Positions 47,401-57,800 of a DNA stretch of 64,000 nt are shown here, one piece after another. Every line of letters begins with the position of its first letter. Position 1 is the stretch's first letter. Both the position numbers and the translations under genes were made by a program. Under the pieces are notes generated by a model. That model searched no databases. It saw nothing but the letters and a program-made list of their open reading frames with translations, and was not told the DNA's origin. Source of the stretch: Podarcis tiliguerta. Its lineage: Eukaryota. The stretch lies in assembly GCA_965153285.1 (NCBI GenBank), contig OZ229110.1, one strand, 5' to 3'.

Positions 47401-50356
47401 CACGCATAGGATCCCAAATGGACTGTGAACCTGCTAGATTACCTGTGTAGGCTGACTAGATGCCTGGCTGTATGTAACCACCTCACATCAGAAATCCTCT
47501 TTGGCCGGGTTGCATATTGTAAATGAAAAGCAAAAGGAATAGTAGAACAGTTTGAAGAACAAGATCTTAGGAGGCACCTCCTTACCGTCCAAATAAAGTT
47601 AAGATACAGGTGTGGTATTCAGATTTAGTCTCAATCAGCCTCTAACTACTATTCCTTTATTTGGCGGACTAGACTACAAGCGCTACAGAGTCAGAAGCAA
47701 TATATATTCTTTAAGAACAGTGGCCTGAAACGGAACCTTGAACTTGTCGTGAGTGTTCCTTCTCCTTGGAGATGGGAGAGCATCCTGCGAGTGACTCCAC
47801 CCATCAGTCTCCAGGCGAAGAGCTACACTAAACTTCCTATCTCCACTCTGGGTGGGCAGGGGGGCTGTCTCCTCCCAGTTCGAAGACAAAATTTAGAAAC
47901 AATTGCCCCAAATGTGTCCCGTGTGACATTCTAAATTGATCTGAAAAGGAAAGCATATGTGTCAAAGGCCACCAATATGGCTACTCCCCACACTGAGCAG
48001 GACAAGAGACCTTCTGGGATTGGAAGAAGTCAAAACTGGTAGCCAAGGCTGACAGACCCACCTACTGAAGGTGAACTTAGAAATGTCTTCCCTGAATAGA
48101 TGAATGAAATAATAAAGTATTTTGTTCTTCCCTACAGACACTAAGAAGGTTCTGCCTAATCTCTCTTAGGCGCAACAATTTGGGGCAGAAGGACGGGAAG
48201 CAAAGTTACTGTATTCTGTATAAGATAGTTTTAACCTTTGAGATCAGTGAAATCATCAACCCATGGGAATAAAAGGACTTTTTCCATATATGGTGGGAAT
48301 GCCCACAAGCTGTTTTATTCTGGAATGAAATTTATCAGGAGATATTAAAGATTATTAAATACACAAATTCAAATTTTTCACATTTATCACTACTAAATAT
48401 GTGGACAGATAATATTTATTGTATACAGCAGATATAGAAACAGGAGCATAAGAAAAGAAAGAAACAGATTAAAATACCTGGTTTTCAATATATGGGAATT
48501 GCCTATTAGAATCCTTCTGTGTGGTTCTACTGCCCAGAACACCAAAACTGCCAGACCCTTGGGATGATTTCACAGCTACAACAAAAATACACCATTTTAT
48601 GATTTTTTAATGTATTTACAATAAGTTTTACTAGCATTTTATTTTTTCACTAACAGTAGACTTTGTTTATAAAAGTTGATTTTAGCCTAAACAAGTAATG
48701 AAGTCATTTCCCCACACTCCAAATCTATAATTAACACTAACCTGTATGAACTCCATTTTGAACAGCTTCCAGAAACTGCTTCATTTCCTCTGCATCCTTA
48801 GGTGATATTTTATCCACTGTCAGGTAACTAGTATCCTTTAATGATATAATCAAGGAACACAGTTTCCCTCTACTTGGTCGCACAGTCACATTTTTTATAT
48901 TATGGTTTAGCTGTAAAACAGTAAGTATCATATGGATAGTTTAAAAGATACATATCTCCATACTAAGAAAGATGCATTTAAATATGCTTCACACTGACAA
49001 AGACTATGTATGTTCATATGCTATCCCCCACCGTAAACAATTCCTACTCAGTACACTTTTAAAAACAATTCCCTCAGCTCCTATCTTTTCAATTTTGCAA
49101 CACTTATATGTACACATTAAGGATAGTGAATATAACAAAAAACACTTACTAAAGAAAAATTTAGTTTCCATTTATGAAGGACTTTTAAACCATAATAAAT
49201 TTGTTTTAGTCTCTAGAATTTCTTCCCCCCAAAAGCAATAGCAGCAATGCTGGTTATCTTTCCAGACTAGACTACATATAAACGTTGTAAATAGAAGAAA
49301 AGAGATGAGCTGTGCACCTGCAGCCAGCTAGACATGAAGTGAAATCTTATGCAGGAGCTACTGTGGCCATTGGGGCTTACTCCCAGATTAGTGTGATAAG
49401 ACTGTAGCCTTGGATACAAAATCCCCATGAATCTAAAATGCCACTATGACTCACAGCTAATTATGGGAAGAGTGTATACAGAGGAATAATCTAACAATGA
49501 ATCTACATTAAGAATTTTCAATACTATAACCAGCAGAAAATGAAACAGACAACAAATAAACTTTTCTTTATTACCAGTGCCAGTAGTATCCTAATACCTA
49601 AAATGTTTTATCTCATTGAAAATATTTTGTAAGCCAGTTTGAGGGCCTCTTGGAGCCACAAAAATAGGATTAAAATATTCTAAATAACTAAATAATGAAA
49701 CAACTAGGTATTATTTTCTCCCAAGGTTTAGTTGTTGTTTTTTAAAATCATCCTTGCTCTACGAGCACAGTGGTACCTCAGGTTAAGTACTTAATTCGTT
49801 CCGGAGGCCCGTTCTTAACCTGAAACTGTTCTTAACCTGAAGCACTACTTTAGCTAATGGGGCCTCCTGTTGCCGCCGCTCCGCCAGAGCACGATTTCTG
49901 TTCTCATCCTGAAGCAAAGTTCTTAACCCGAGGTACTATTTCTGGGGTAGTGGAATCTGTAACCTGAAGCGTATGTAACCTGAAGCGTATGTAACCCGAG
50001 GTACCACTGTACACTGAACAGTACACCTCAATAATTCACAGTGCAATACAGTAGGATCAGTGTTCTAGAAAGCAGAAAAAAGAATAAGTCTCTAAGGAAA
50101 GTTCAAGTGACAGCTAAATGGACTTTAAAAGGACAGTTGTTCAGAGGCATACAGCTCCTGTACAACTTCAAAACAAAAGGCCTTTGAGATTCTGAGGTAC
50201 CTGAAATATCTTTGGCATTCCTCCAGCATTGTAGTGAACCGCCAGACTCACTTTGCTATCCTTATCAACTATTTCGAATGTCCCTTCTTTCCATTTTGTA
50301 GTCCCAGTCTGTATGCTGCGCAAGCGAATAGTCCCACGTAATTTCAGTGGAGCCAT
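26449..50356 (-). CDS. USP37: Ubiquitin carboxyl-terminal hydrolase 37 (N-terminal PH-like domain, USP domain, 3 UIMs), 23 coding exons, 984 aa
   Basis: Minus-strand exons in transcript order: 50201-50356, 48742-48910, 48478-48575, 46974-47155, 46639-46710, 45014-45111, 43898-43982, 42677-42838, 41475-41606, 40817-40940, 39195-39400, 38319-38436, 36677-36756, 36051-36215, 35464-35529, 34285-34429, 33259-33514, 31710-31876, 30670-30730, 29219-29334, 27915-27984, 27331-27469, 26449-26536 (sum 2955 nt). Cys box GFTNLGNTCYMNAILQSL, QNDAHEFL, LILHLKRY, His box SHIGDTSSSGHY, UIMs SEEELLAAVLEIS / EEQELQQALAQSL / EDDDLKRATELSL, KEN box DENKENKTP. Confidence 0.96.
31321..31442 (-). mobile_element. LINE (L2-type) 3' end
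   Basis: Minus strand GGAAGCCGCCCATAGTGGCTGGGGAAGCACAGCCAGATGGGCGGGGTATAAATAATAAA with a (TTA)n tail. A related fragment lies near 55779-55805. Confidence 0.65.
32580..32975 (+). mobile_element. Degenerate L1/Tx1-type LINE reverse-transcriptase fragment joined to a 3' tail
   Basis: Translates RTRQ-SPLLFILMLEILL...YKLRAFADDVVL...FGEVAGFKINSDKTKML, non-LTR RT motifs including FADD, with a frameshift. Confidence 0.85.
32976..33237 (+). mobile_element. L1/Tx1-type LINE ORF2 C-terminus and 3'UTR
   Basis: EEWEMFIEYMENNC resembles [14 protein letters not shown] of the 55210 element. A-rich end. Confidence 0.55.
37700..38020 (+). mobile_element. Degenerate L2 LINE 3' region
   Basis: TTTAGGTGTTTCCTGAAAAC...ATTCAGACAGGCCTT resembles an L2 ORF2 end, followed by a T-rich UTR and a taaataaa tail. 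Confidence 0.45.
39970..40181 (+). mobile_element. Tc1/mariner-type MITE (family A)
   Basis: TIRs CAGTGGTACCTCGGGTTA / TAACCCGAGGTACCACTG, TA TSD. Confidence 0.88.
41678..42000. mobile_element. Non-autonomous hAT (Charlie-like) DNA transposon with internal direct duplication
   Basis: Ends CAAAAGGTCAGCAAAC...GTTTGCCTACCCTG with subterminal GGGCC motifs. CCACAAATAACCCAGAGATGCATTTTAAATAAAAGGACACATTC occurs twice. Confidence 0.75.
45442..46281. mobile_element. Nested non-autonomous Tc1/mariner element with internal tandem repeat
   Basis: TIRs CCGTATCTTTTGTTCCATAAGACACAC ... GTGCGTCTTATGAAGCGAAAAATACGG. TA TSD at 45440-45441 and 46282-46283. Confidence 0.85.
45705..46215. repeat. About 154-bp tandem repeat (roughly 3 copies plus a partial unit)
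   Basis: CATGGATCCTCAGGATTTTTGCATTGGGTCACCCCAAA recurs at 45711, 45865 and 46104, and the intervening sequences are homologous to each other. Confidence 0.85.
49768..50009 (-). mobile_element. Tc1/mariner-type MITE (family A), inverted relative to the other copies
   Basis: Reverse complement closely matches 39970-40181, with the same TIRs. Confidence 0.88.
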
Positions 50357-50649
50357 GTTTTCATACAACTAGTCTATGAAAATTATGAAGTTTGCTTTTA
50401 AACACAAATCCTGTTTTAGAAAGAAAGGAACGAAGTTAGCAGCTTCTCAAGAACCATCTTCAAAACTGAGCAACTGTTTTAAATCAAAGAGCTATATTAT
50501 TTTTACAGATAGTTATCCCATCTTTCAGGATATGTACTCAGTGTGCATGGACTCTTTTTGAAATATGAGTATTGGTCTCCCAAAGATTATTAAATCTGCT
50601 CCACGTTACTTAAGTCTTTTTTAAAAAAAATCAAAGTAGGTAATTGAGA

Positions 50650-51250
50650 ACAGGTATCACACACAAAAAAGACACAACAGAGTATGGAATTAAACTTGAT
50701 AACAGTTGTCAGTTTACTAGGACCACCCACATTTTAGCCACTGCTGAAGTTAATGCGACAGGCATACGGACCAACATGTTTCTAGGGAAACTTGGGAACT
50801 CTTCAAGTTTCCATGTACAGCTGGTTACACTGCTACCGTAATCACTGTGGCCAAGCTGTCCTTTGGTTGTATTTGCTGCATCAACTGCAGCTGAGTTAAG
50901 GCACTCTGTGCCATTGAAGATACCTCTGCCTCCAGTGAGAGATTTGTATCCAGGGTACACCCAGTCAATGCACTGGCTCCTTCAAGGGCAGTATAAATCC
51001 CATCAAGAGGTACCGGTAATTCCCCTACTTCCTGGAACCAACAAGCCACAGCATCTCATGTCTTAGCAGGATTCAACTTCAATTCAGTTTGCCCTCACCT
51101 AGCCCATTACAGGTCCAGAACTTGCAACCTCAACTGACTAATGTAAGTAAAGCTCAAAGTCATCCACATATTGGTGGCACTCAATTCCCTGAAGAACTCC
51201 ATGGATTAACTTCCATGCGGATGAGCAACATATTGCAATACCACCCCTCC
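50650..51250 (-). mobile_element. Degenerate L2 LINE ORF2 (RT and downstream region)
   Basis: Minus-strand pieces CHQYVDDFELY, LKLNPAKT, LDG and LDTNLSLEAEVSSMAQSALTQLQL...LATV follow the L2 RT pattern with frameshifts and stops. Confidence 0.75.
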
Positions 51251-53099
51251 AGTGTTCGAAGCTCCCATTGTTCTAGGCACATTTTGCAACAGGAAATTTC
51301 ATTGGCGTGAGAAGTTTCTGAGCTCTGGGCACAGCACTGCGCCTAAGATTTCAGATTAAAACTGCAGAGTGGAAGGAAAGGAGGAACTTTTTCTGCCTTC
51401 CCACTTCCAGCTACTCTCTGAAGACTGGAGAAGACACACGCTAATAATTAGCGGGTGGGCAGGGGAAGGACAAGACCATGTGAAAAATGAACATAATATT
51501 TTAGCTGCAGTTCATTCATTTTCAGCTTTGTTTTCTTGTTTTTAAAAAAGCTTGCCTGACATTCTGTTGTTGCACCCATAACCTAGGTTTAAGATGCCAT
51601 TTAGCTCCTGGCTTTCATATCTTAGTTTCTAACACTGCACCTTTCTAGTACTGTCCCATAAGTTGAAGTACAACCAGTGCAAAATCATATCCTCCACTAA
51701 ACCAAAGCCACTGAGAAATCCAGCATACTCAACAAGGTCACACTACTCTGACTCACTTCCAGAGGTAGTCTATCAGGGTGACCAAAGCAATTTTAGTCCC
51801 AAACAAGGTCTGAAACCAGACTAAAAGTGATCAAGATAACCAGTCTCTTTCATGAGCATTTGCAGCTGAGTGGCCACCCCCCTCTCAGGCATCTTGCCCA
51901 GAAAGGTTTGTGACTGACAAGGAGTCCAGGGAGGGCTTTTACAGGGGTCATGCCATTGCATCCTTCAAGGCAGTGGGAAATTTCTCCTGATGCAATGATG
52001 CAAATTTCTCCTGATGCAATGATGCATTCACCACTCCCTACTAGCCATACGCCATGGTGGTTAAAACCACTGCATGCTCTCAAGCTGCAAAAACTGAGCT
52101 GATTCCTTGTTGCGCAAATGTGACTGGCCTATAAATACTATTAATGTTTTAAAATTCAATGATGACAGTTCCCTAAAAGTTAGGGGTGTACCCCCAATTT
52201 CTGGGGGGGACATCTTCCAGATGTTTAGTCATCAAAGTTGAAACCCAACTACATGAAGTTCAGTGAAAATATGTTAAGGGAACAGTAGGCATGTGCCAAG
52301 TCCTGTCTTCTTGCTTGTCTGGTTCATTATTAGATTTTGAGTATATCAGCATGTACTATAAACAGTTGTTTCTTTAGCATTTTATTTTATTGTAAATTCT
52401 GCAAGTTACTCTGAGAGCCTTCTGGGACCATAAAACCTGATATGTGTATTTAACAAATAAAAATGAAAAGTTAACTCTGCAATCCTTAGGAGTAAGCATC
52501 ACTGAATTCAGTGGGACTTACTTCAGAGCCGGCATGTACAAAATTGCACAATAAGTGAGCACATACCGAAAAAAATGGAGTGTAAATCCTTAAACGCACT
52601 AGAACTATCCACAAAAAGTGCCTACACTCCACAGCATTCAAAAAGACAATCAGGAGCCTTAAAGTTCTAAATATAACAGCATTACAATCCATTAATTTAA
52701 CAGGTACAAGAGACATTGAAGTTTTCAGCCCAACCTATTTCCACAAAATAGGAACCACTTGTTCCATACAGATCATAATCTACAACAACTGTTTAGGGCC
52801 AAACAGTGGACTTGCAAGGGCAACAGTAAAGAATGTTGGGTGGATTTTCAACACATATATCGCCTCAGCAAAGAGTTCAAGGCAAACAAAGAAACGGTGG
52901 TGAAAGACATGGTGGAGCCCTAATGGAGATCTGTGCCCCTACTATCATTTCCTAACCAAACTCTGTTGCATTTGTGAATGCTTTCAGTGAAAAGCAAGCA
53001 GGAACCCAGTCACCTGAATACTGTACAGCACCTGGTACACTGACTTGGAAAGTGGCTGCTGGACCCTTGCAAGTAAATTTCTGATCAGCGGGACAAAGT

Positions 53100-54800
53100 T
53101 AAAACCAGCATTTCAGAAGGGAGACGTAAACAATCCCAGGAGGAACAGAGCACGAGCGGGAAAGCAACCGAAGAAGAGGACGGCGCTAGTTGCCGACGCT
53201 GCGTTGTTTTTAACCTTTGTCGTGTTTGCGAACAGCCCGGCAGGCAGAAATTCCCCACGAGGAGAAGCTCTCGTCCTATCTCTACGTGCTGCCTGGGGCA
53301 AAGCTAGTAATCTGGCTAGCTGGCTACCCGACCAGCCGCTACGTCTTGGGGCCTTGGGTACGCCTGGGAGAGGCAGCTAAACCAGCGGGGGGAAGGCAAC
53401 AGAGGGAGGAGGGCCGAGGGTCAGCTTTGGAGCAGCCGCACTGTAGTCGGAGAGCGGCCAGCCGGCTGGGCCTGAGGAAGCGAAAGGGGCCAGGCTAAGG
53501 TCAAGGGCGCGGGGGGGGGGGAGAGAGAGAGAGAGACGCTGAGGCGCGACCCCCCCCCCCTCAGCAGCTACGGAGACCCCACCTCCGCCTCCACGGCCGA
53601 CCGGCCGCCGCCCACGCACAGCCGCCCCCCGACCCTTCCCTGCTCCGCGAGTACCAATAGGGCTCCCTCGTGCCCTCGCCCGCAGTCAGCCGCTCCGAGG
53701 AAGCCCCAAGACCCACCGCCACTGCCCGGGCGCACTCACCGGCGATGGCGGGCGGCGGCTTTCCCTTCCACCTCCGGCTTCCTCACAGACCAGTCCCGGC
53801 CTGGACGTTGTCTCCCTGGTGCTGCCGCCGCCGCTTCCTTCCTTCCTACTTCGGGGTTATTCTCCACTTTAGCCCCGGCGCCGGCCTGGCCTGGCTCGAC
53901 CCACCGCGGCCCGGCCTCCTCTTAGCTTAGTGGAAAGGGCAGATGGCGGGAACCAGATCAGCCGCGCCACGGTCCGCCTGACGCAAGCACGCAGCACGCA
54001 AAAAGAAAAAAACAACAACTGCGCGACGGGAGGAGGGGGGAGGAAGAGGAGCGACGAGGGGGGAATCCCTACGTCATCACGGCGACGGCTGGCTGGCTTT
54101 CTCCGCCGTCGACAAGCCTTAGCGAAAGAAGCAACTTTTACTCGAGAAGTGACGACGACGCTCGTAACTTCTGCGCACGCGCAAACTCGTGCTTTTTTTT
54201 TTAAGTTCGCTTAAAGATAGCATGGCGCATGCGCCCGGCCAGTCTCCTTGGGCCTACCGCTGAGGCCCAGAGAGAGGTCAGAGGTCGCGGCGGTAGCAGC
54301 AGCAGCGGCGGCGGCAGAGCCAGGAGGAGGAGGAGGAAGAGGCGGCGACCTCTGCTTCGATCCATGATGGCGGCGGCTGAAGTAGAAGAGGCCTCCTGAG
54401 CTCTACTTCGCGCAGAAGTTCCGACCATGCACAGTTTGGCAACGGCCGCGGTAAGTCGCTTGCCGTTTCCACGCAGGGCGACGAGGGCCTTGGCTGAGAA
54501 GCCTGAGAGGCACCCTCCCCCTTCTCTCTCCCTCTCTCTCTCCTCATTGGTCGGAGAGATATGGGGAGGGGGGCACAGAACGGAGCGGGGCTCTATTTTC
54601 CCGCCAAATTGCCCTCCTAAGGAACGGGCGTCTCCTAACGGCCTTTCCTCCTGCGCGAGGCGGCGGCCTTTGCTGTCCTCTAAGGGAAGGCAAAGGGAGC
54701 TTCTCCGCAGGCTTCTCCCTTCAGGTGCTCGTGCATGAGCCAGGCGTCGCTTGTGTGCGTATTCCATATGCTAATCTATGCGGGTTCCTAACTGCCCATG
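53100..54800. promoter_or_regulatory. CpG island / bidirectional promoter shared by USP37 and CNOT9
   Basis: Sharp rise in GC and CpG between head-to-head first exons. NRF1 palindrome GCGCATGCGC at 54225-54234 and NRF1-like TGCGCACGCGCA at 54172-54183. CRE-like TACGTCA at 54070-54076. YY1-type ATGGCGG motifs near 53943 and 54367. No TATA box seen. Confidence 0.88.
53740..53890 (-). other. USP37: Probable non-coding first exon of USP37 (5' boundary approximate)
   Basis: Minus-strand donor CCG|GTGAGT (plus strand actcac at 53734-53739) inside the CpG island, pointing toward the USP37 coding exons. No ATG in the exon. Confidence 0.65.
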
Positions 54801-57800
54801 GCTCAATGCTGCTGGATAAAAGGTGGCTCGAGAGGCTGGATGCAGATGCCTATAGACAGACACATATCCTGACAGGTGCACCCCGACCACTCTCGTTCAA
54901 GCGCCTCTCAACAAGGCTTGCCGAATTTCACGTCTGCAATAATGTGCCGCCACAAAACAGGGTTTACTTCTCTTTCATCTGTTGTCTGGGAAGTCCGTTT
55001 ATAACCGCGCTAGCGTGAAAGTAAGCCCCACGCTGAGTTGAATTCGATTTTTCTCTCGGAGTTTACGATTGCAGCCTTAAAATGCAAAAATTCCACGTGG
55101 GACATTCATTCATGTTTTAATTTAACAGTGGTGTGGCTCGTGTGCGTTGCTTGTAATGAGACAAGTTGTGATGATAACGGGAAGTAAAATAACTTGGTTA
55201 GTAGCGTACCTCTTGGGAATTATATTGACTGGCATTCCTGCCACTAGGAAAAAAGTTTTCTTATATGCAACCGCTGCGGCCAGAATGATTATAGCAAAAA
55301 ATTGAAAGGGAGAAAAACTCCCTCAATAAGAGAATGGCAAATAAGATTTTGTGAATATATAGAATCAGCAAGTCTTACAGCAGTGGTAAGAAGCCAATCA
55401 GACCAAAGACTGATAGAGGAGTGGACTTGCGTGAAGGAATACATCAAAAAACATTGTTCTGGTATTAATATATCGATATGCAATGGGTGAAACTTACAGA
55501 GTAAAAAAGAAGAAATGGGTATAAGATGAGATAGTCAAAAATAATACTGATAACAGCGAAAAGAAGAAAAGAAACAAAGGAAGCAACATATATGTGGAGG
55601 GAAGTCAAGATTTATGTCTGCATGTTTAGTTTGTATGTTTGTTTTTTGTAATCTATGTTGAGAGCTGTATGTATCTATGTATAGTAAGTTTGTTTAGTGT
55701 TCTGGTTTGTGATTGTAAGTATTGCAATTATTAATAAAAGTTTTTTTAAAAAACCCATATTAGAGAACTAATGGTTGTCCCAGCCACTCTGGGCAGCTTT
55801 CAACATATATAATAAACACTATATCAACTTTGGATGAAACTGTACATAACGAAGAACATGGAATTGCTTCTAAAAACTGCAGTTTCATCTTAAAAAACCC
55901 CTTATCTTTTCTATATTGTACAGAAATTGAAATACAGTATAGAAATTAAATTAATAAAATTAATAAAATAATAAACATGTAATGAATTGTATCCAGCTAC
56001 GTTCTACTCAGTAGACCCACTGAAAATTATGAGCCTAACTTAGCCATGTCCACTAACCTTAATGTGTCTGCCCTGAGTGTGACTAACTTTGGATAGAATA
56101 ATATTGCAATACATATCGCTGATCATGTTATGTAGGAGGATAGAGAGAATGTCACACAGGTTTGCTGATTTTTGTGGCAGCTCTATCTTGCCTAGTTCTG
56201 GTCTTTGACAGTTCACTCAGGTGAAACAGAATTTGTGCTAGCTCCATTAACAAGCAGTACTTCTGTCTGACATAATATTTAGGCATTTTCTTGCTTGTAT
56301 TATACTTACTGTAGGTTTTAAGTGGATCTGCTGCTTCAGATGGTGAACACTTGACTTTTTCAGGACTTGACAGTCTTAATAGCAGACTTTAGTCTAATTA
56401 GTGCATTTATTTTTATCAAGTTCATGCTGAAGTTCTGGAACTGTGCATATTTAATGGATAGGGTAGGCACACCACTACAGCATCTGTCACTGGAAAAATG
56501 ATTTTAAAGATCTTTCCATTTACCATGAAGGTAATTATGAAATGAGGCCTCTTGAAGGGCTATAAAAATAATTTCCTTTGCAAAGTACCTTCATATGCTT
56601 TAAGGCAAGTGAAATACTAAGTGACTAGAAATGTCTAGCTTACAAAAGCAATACTGTAGCAATTATCCTGAAAAAGGTTGCTTATACTCATTTTTTTATT
56701 ACTGTGGTTGCCTGAATTTCTGTAAGTAATGGAAAGATAAGCTCGTCTCTTATGCTGCTGCTCGGATAAAGCATATTTTCAGGCTCTGATCTTCATGTTG
56801 AACTGCCACAGTTGGATCATGGGGTGTTATCGGCCTTTCTTTCCTGCAACTTTCCACTCCTGTATTCGTCCCTGAATCTATTGTTCTGTGACTGGAGCCA
56901 ACTGTTCAACATGGTGACACTATGAGCCATTTTAAACACAATTATTTCACTAATAGTTTTTTGGGTAAGAGATGCTGGGCCTTTAATAAAATCCCAAAAG
57001 AAAGCAGAGTCCCATAATAGAAGGAATGTGTTAACAAAGCAGACATAAAGCACTGAGGATTCATTTGCTGTGGAGCAGCCCTAGAGTTTTGAACAAGGGA
57101 TTTTTTGTACAACTGATGAAAAAGTGTGCAATGCTTTGGACTACTACTCCTCATTGTATGCAGTAGTAGAGGAATATTTCATTTATTAACTTTAATCATG
57201 ACTTTGCACCCCCCTGAAGCAGGAGTGGGCAACCTTTTTTCTGTCAGGTATTGAGGGAGGGAGAAGTATCAGCAGCAATGGGCAGAGGCAGAGCCATCCA
57301 CAGAAGTGTTTTGGATTAATTAATCTGGAGCAGACTGAGATAAAGAGTGGTGGCTATGAGAGAGGGACTATATCTCAACATCTTGAGCATGGAAAGCTTT
57401 TATGCTCCACTGCTGTATGATAGTTGCTGAAGCTGAATTGGTAATGATTCTCTGCTTTGTTTTTGTTGTCATGGATTTGTAGCCTTTTGTGCTGTATTAA
57501 CCAGTTTTGTTGATAGTCATTTTAAAAGTGCTATATTATTTTTGTTTGGTGCCCAAACGACTTTGTTTACTTATTTATTATTATATTTAACAATGATGAT
57601 TTTAAGAACTCAGCTGCTACTATATGGTAAACTGATTGCACAGCTGCAGTGAGTACATACAAACCAATGGAAGTATCATCCGGCAACTTTTCCCCCCCTA
57701 CTGTGACATATTCCTTCCCCTGTGCTGTTACTGTGCCTTGGCTAGAAGCAAGTCCCACTAAAATATGTGGGACTTAAATCTCAACTATGTTTACTTGGAA

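Noticed and set aside
54201-54767. 188-aa minus-strand ORF, and other ORFs at 53045-55018
   Set aside because: Stop-poor GC-rich CpG island with trinucleotide runs giving low-complexity translations, antisense to CNOT9 exon 1.
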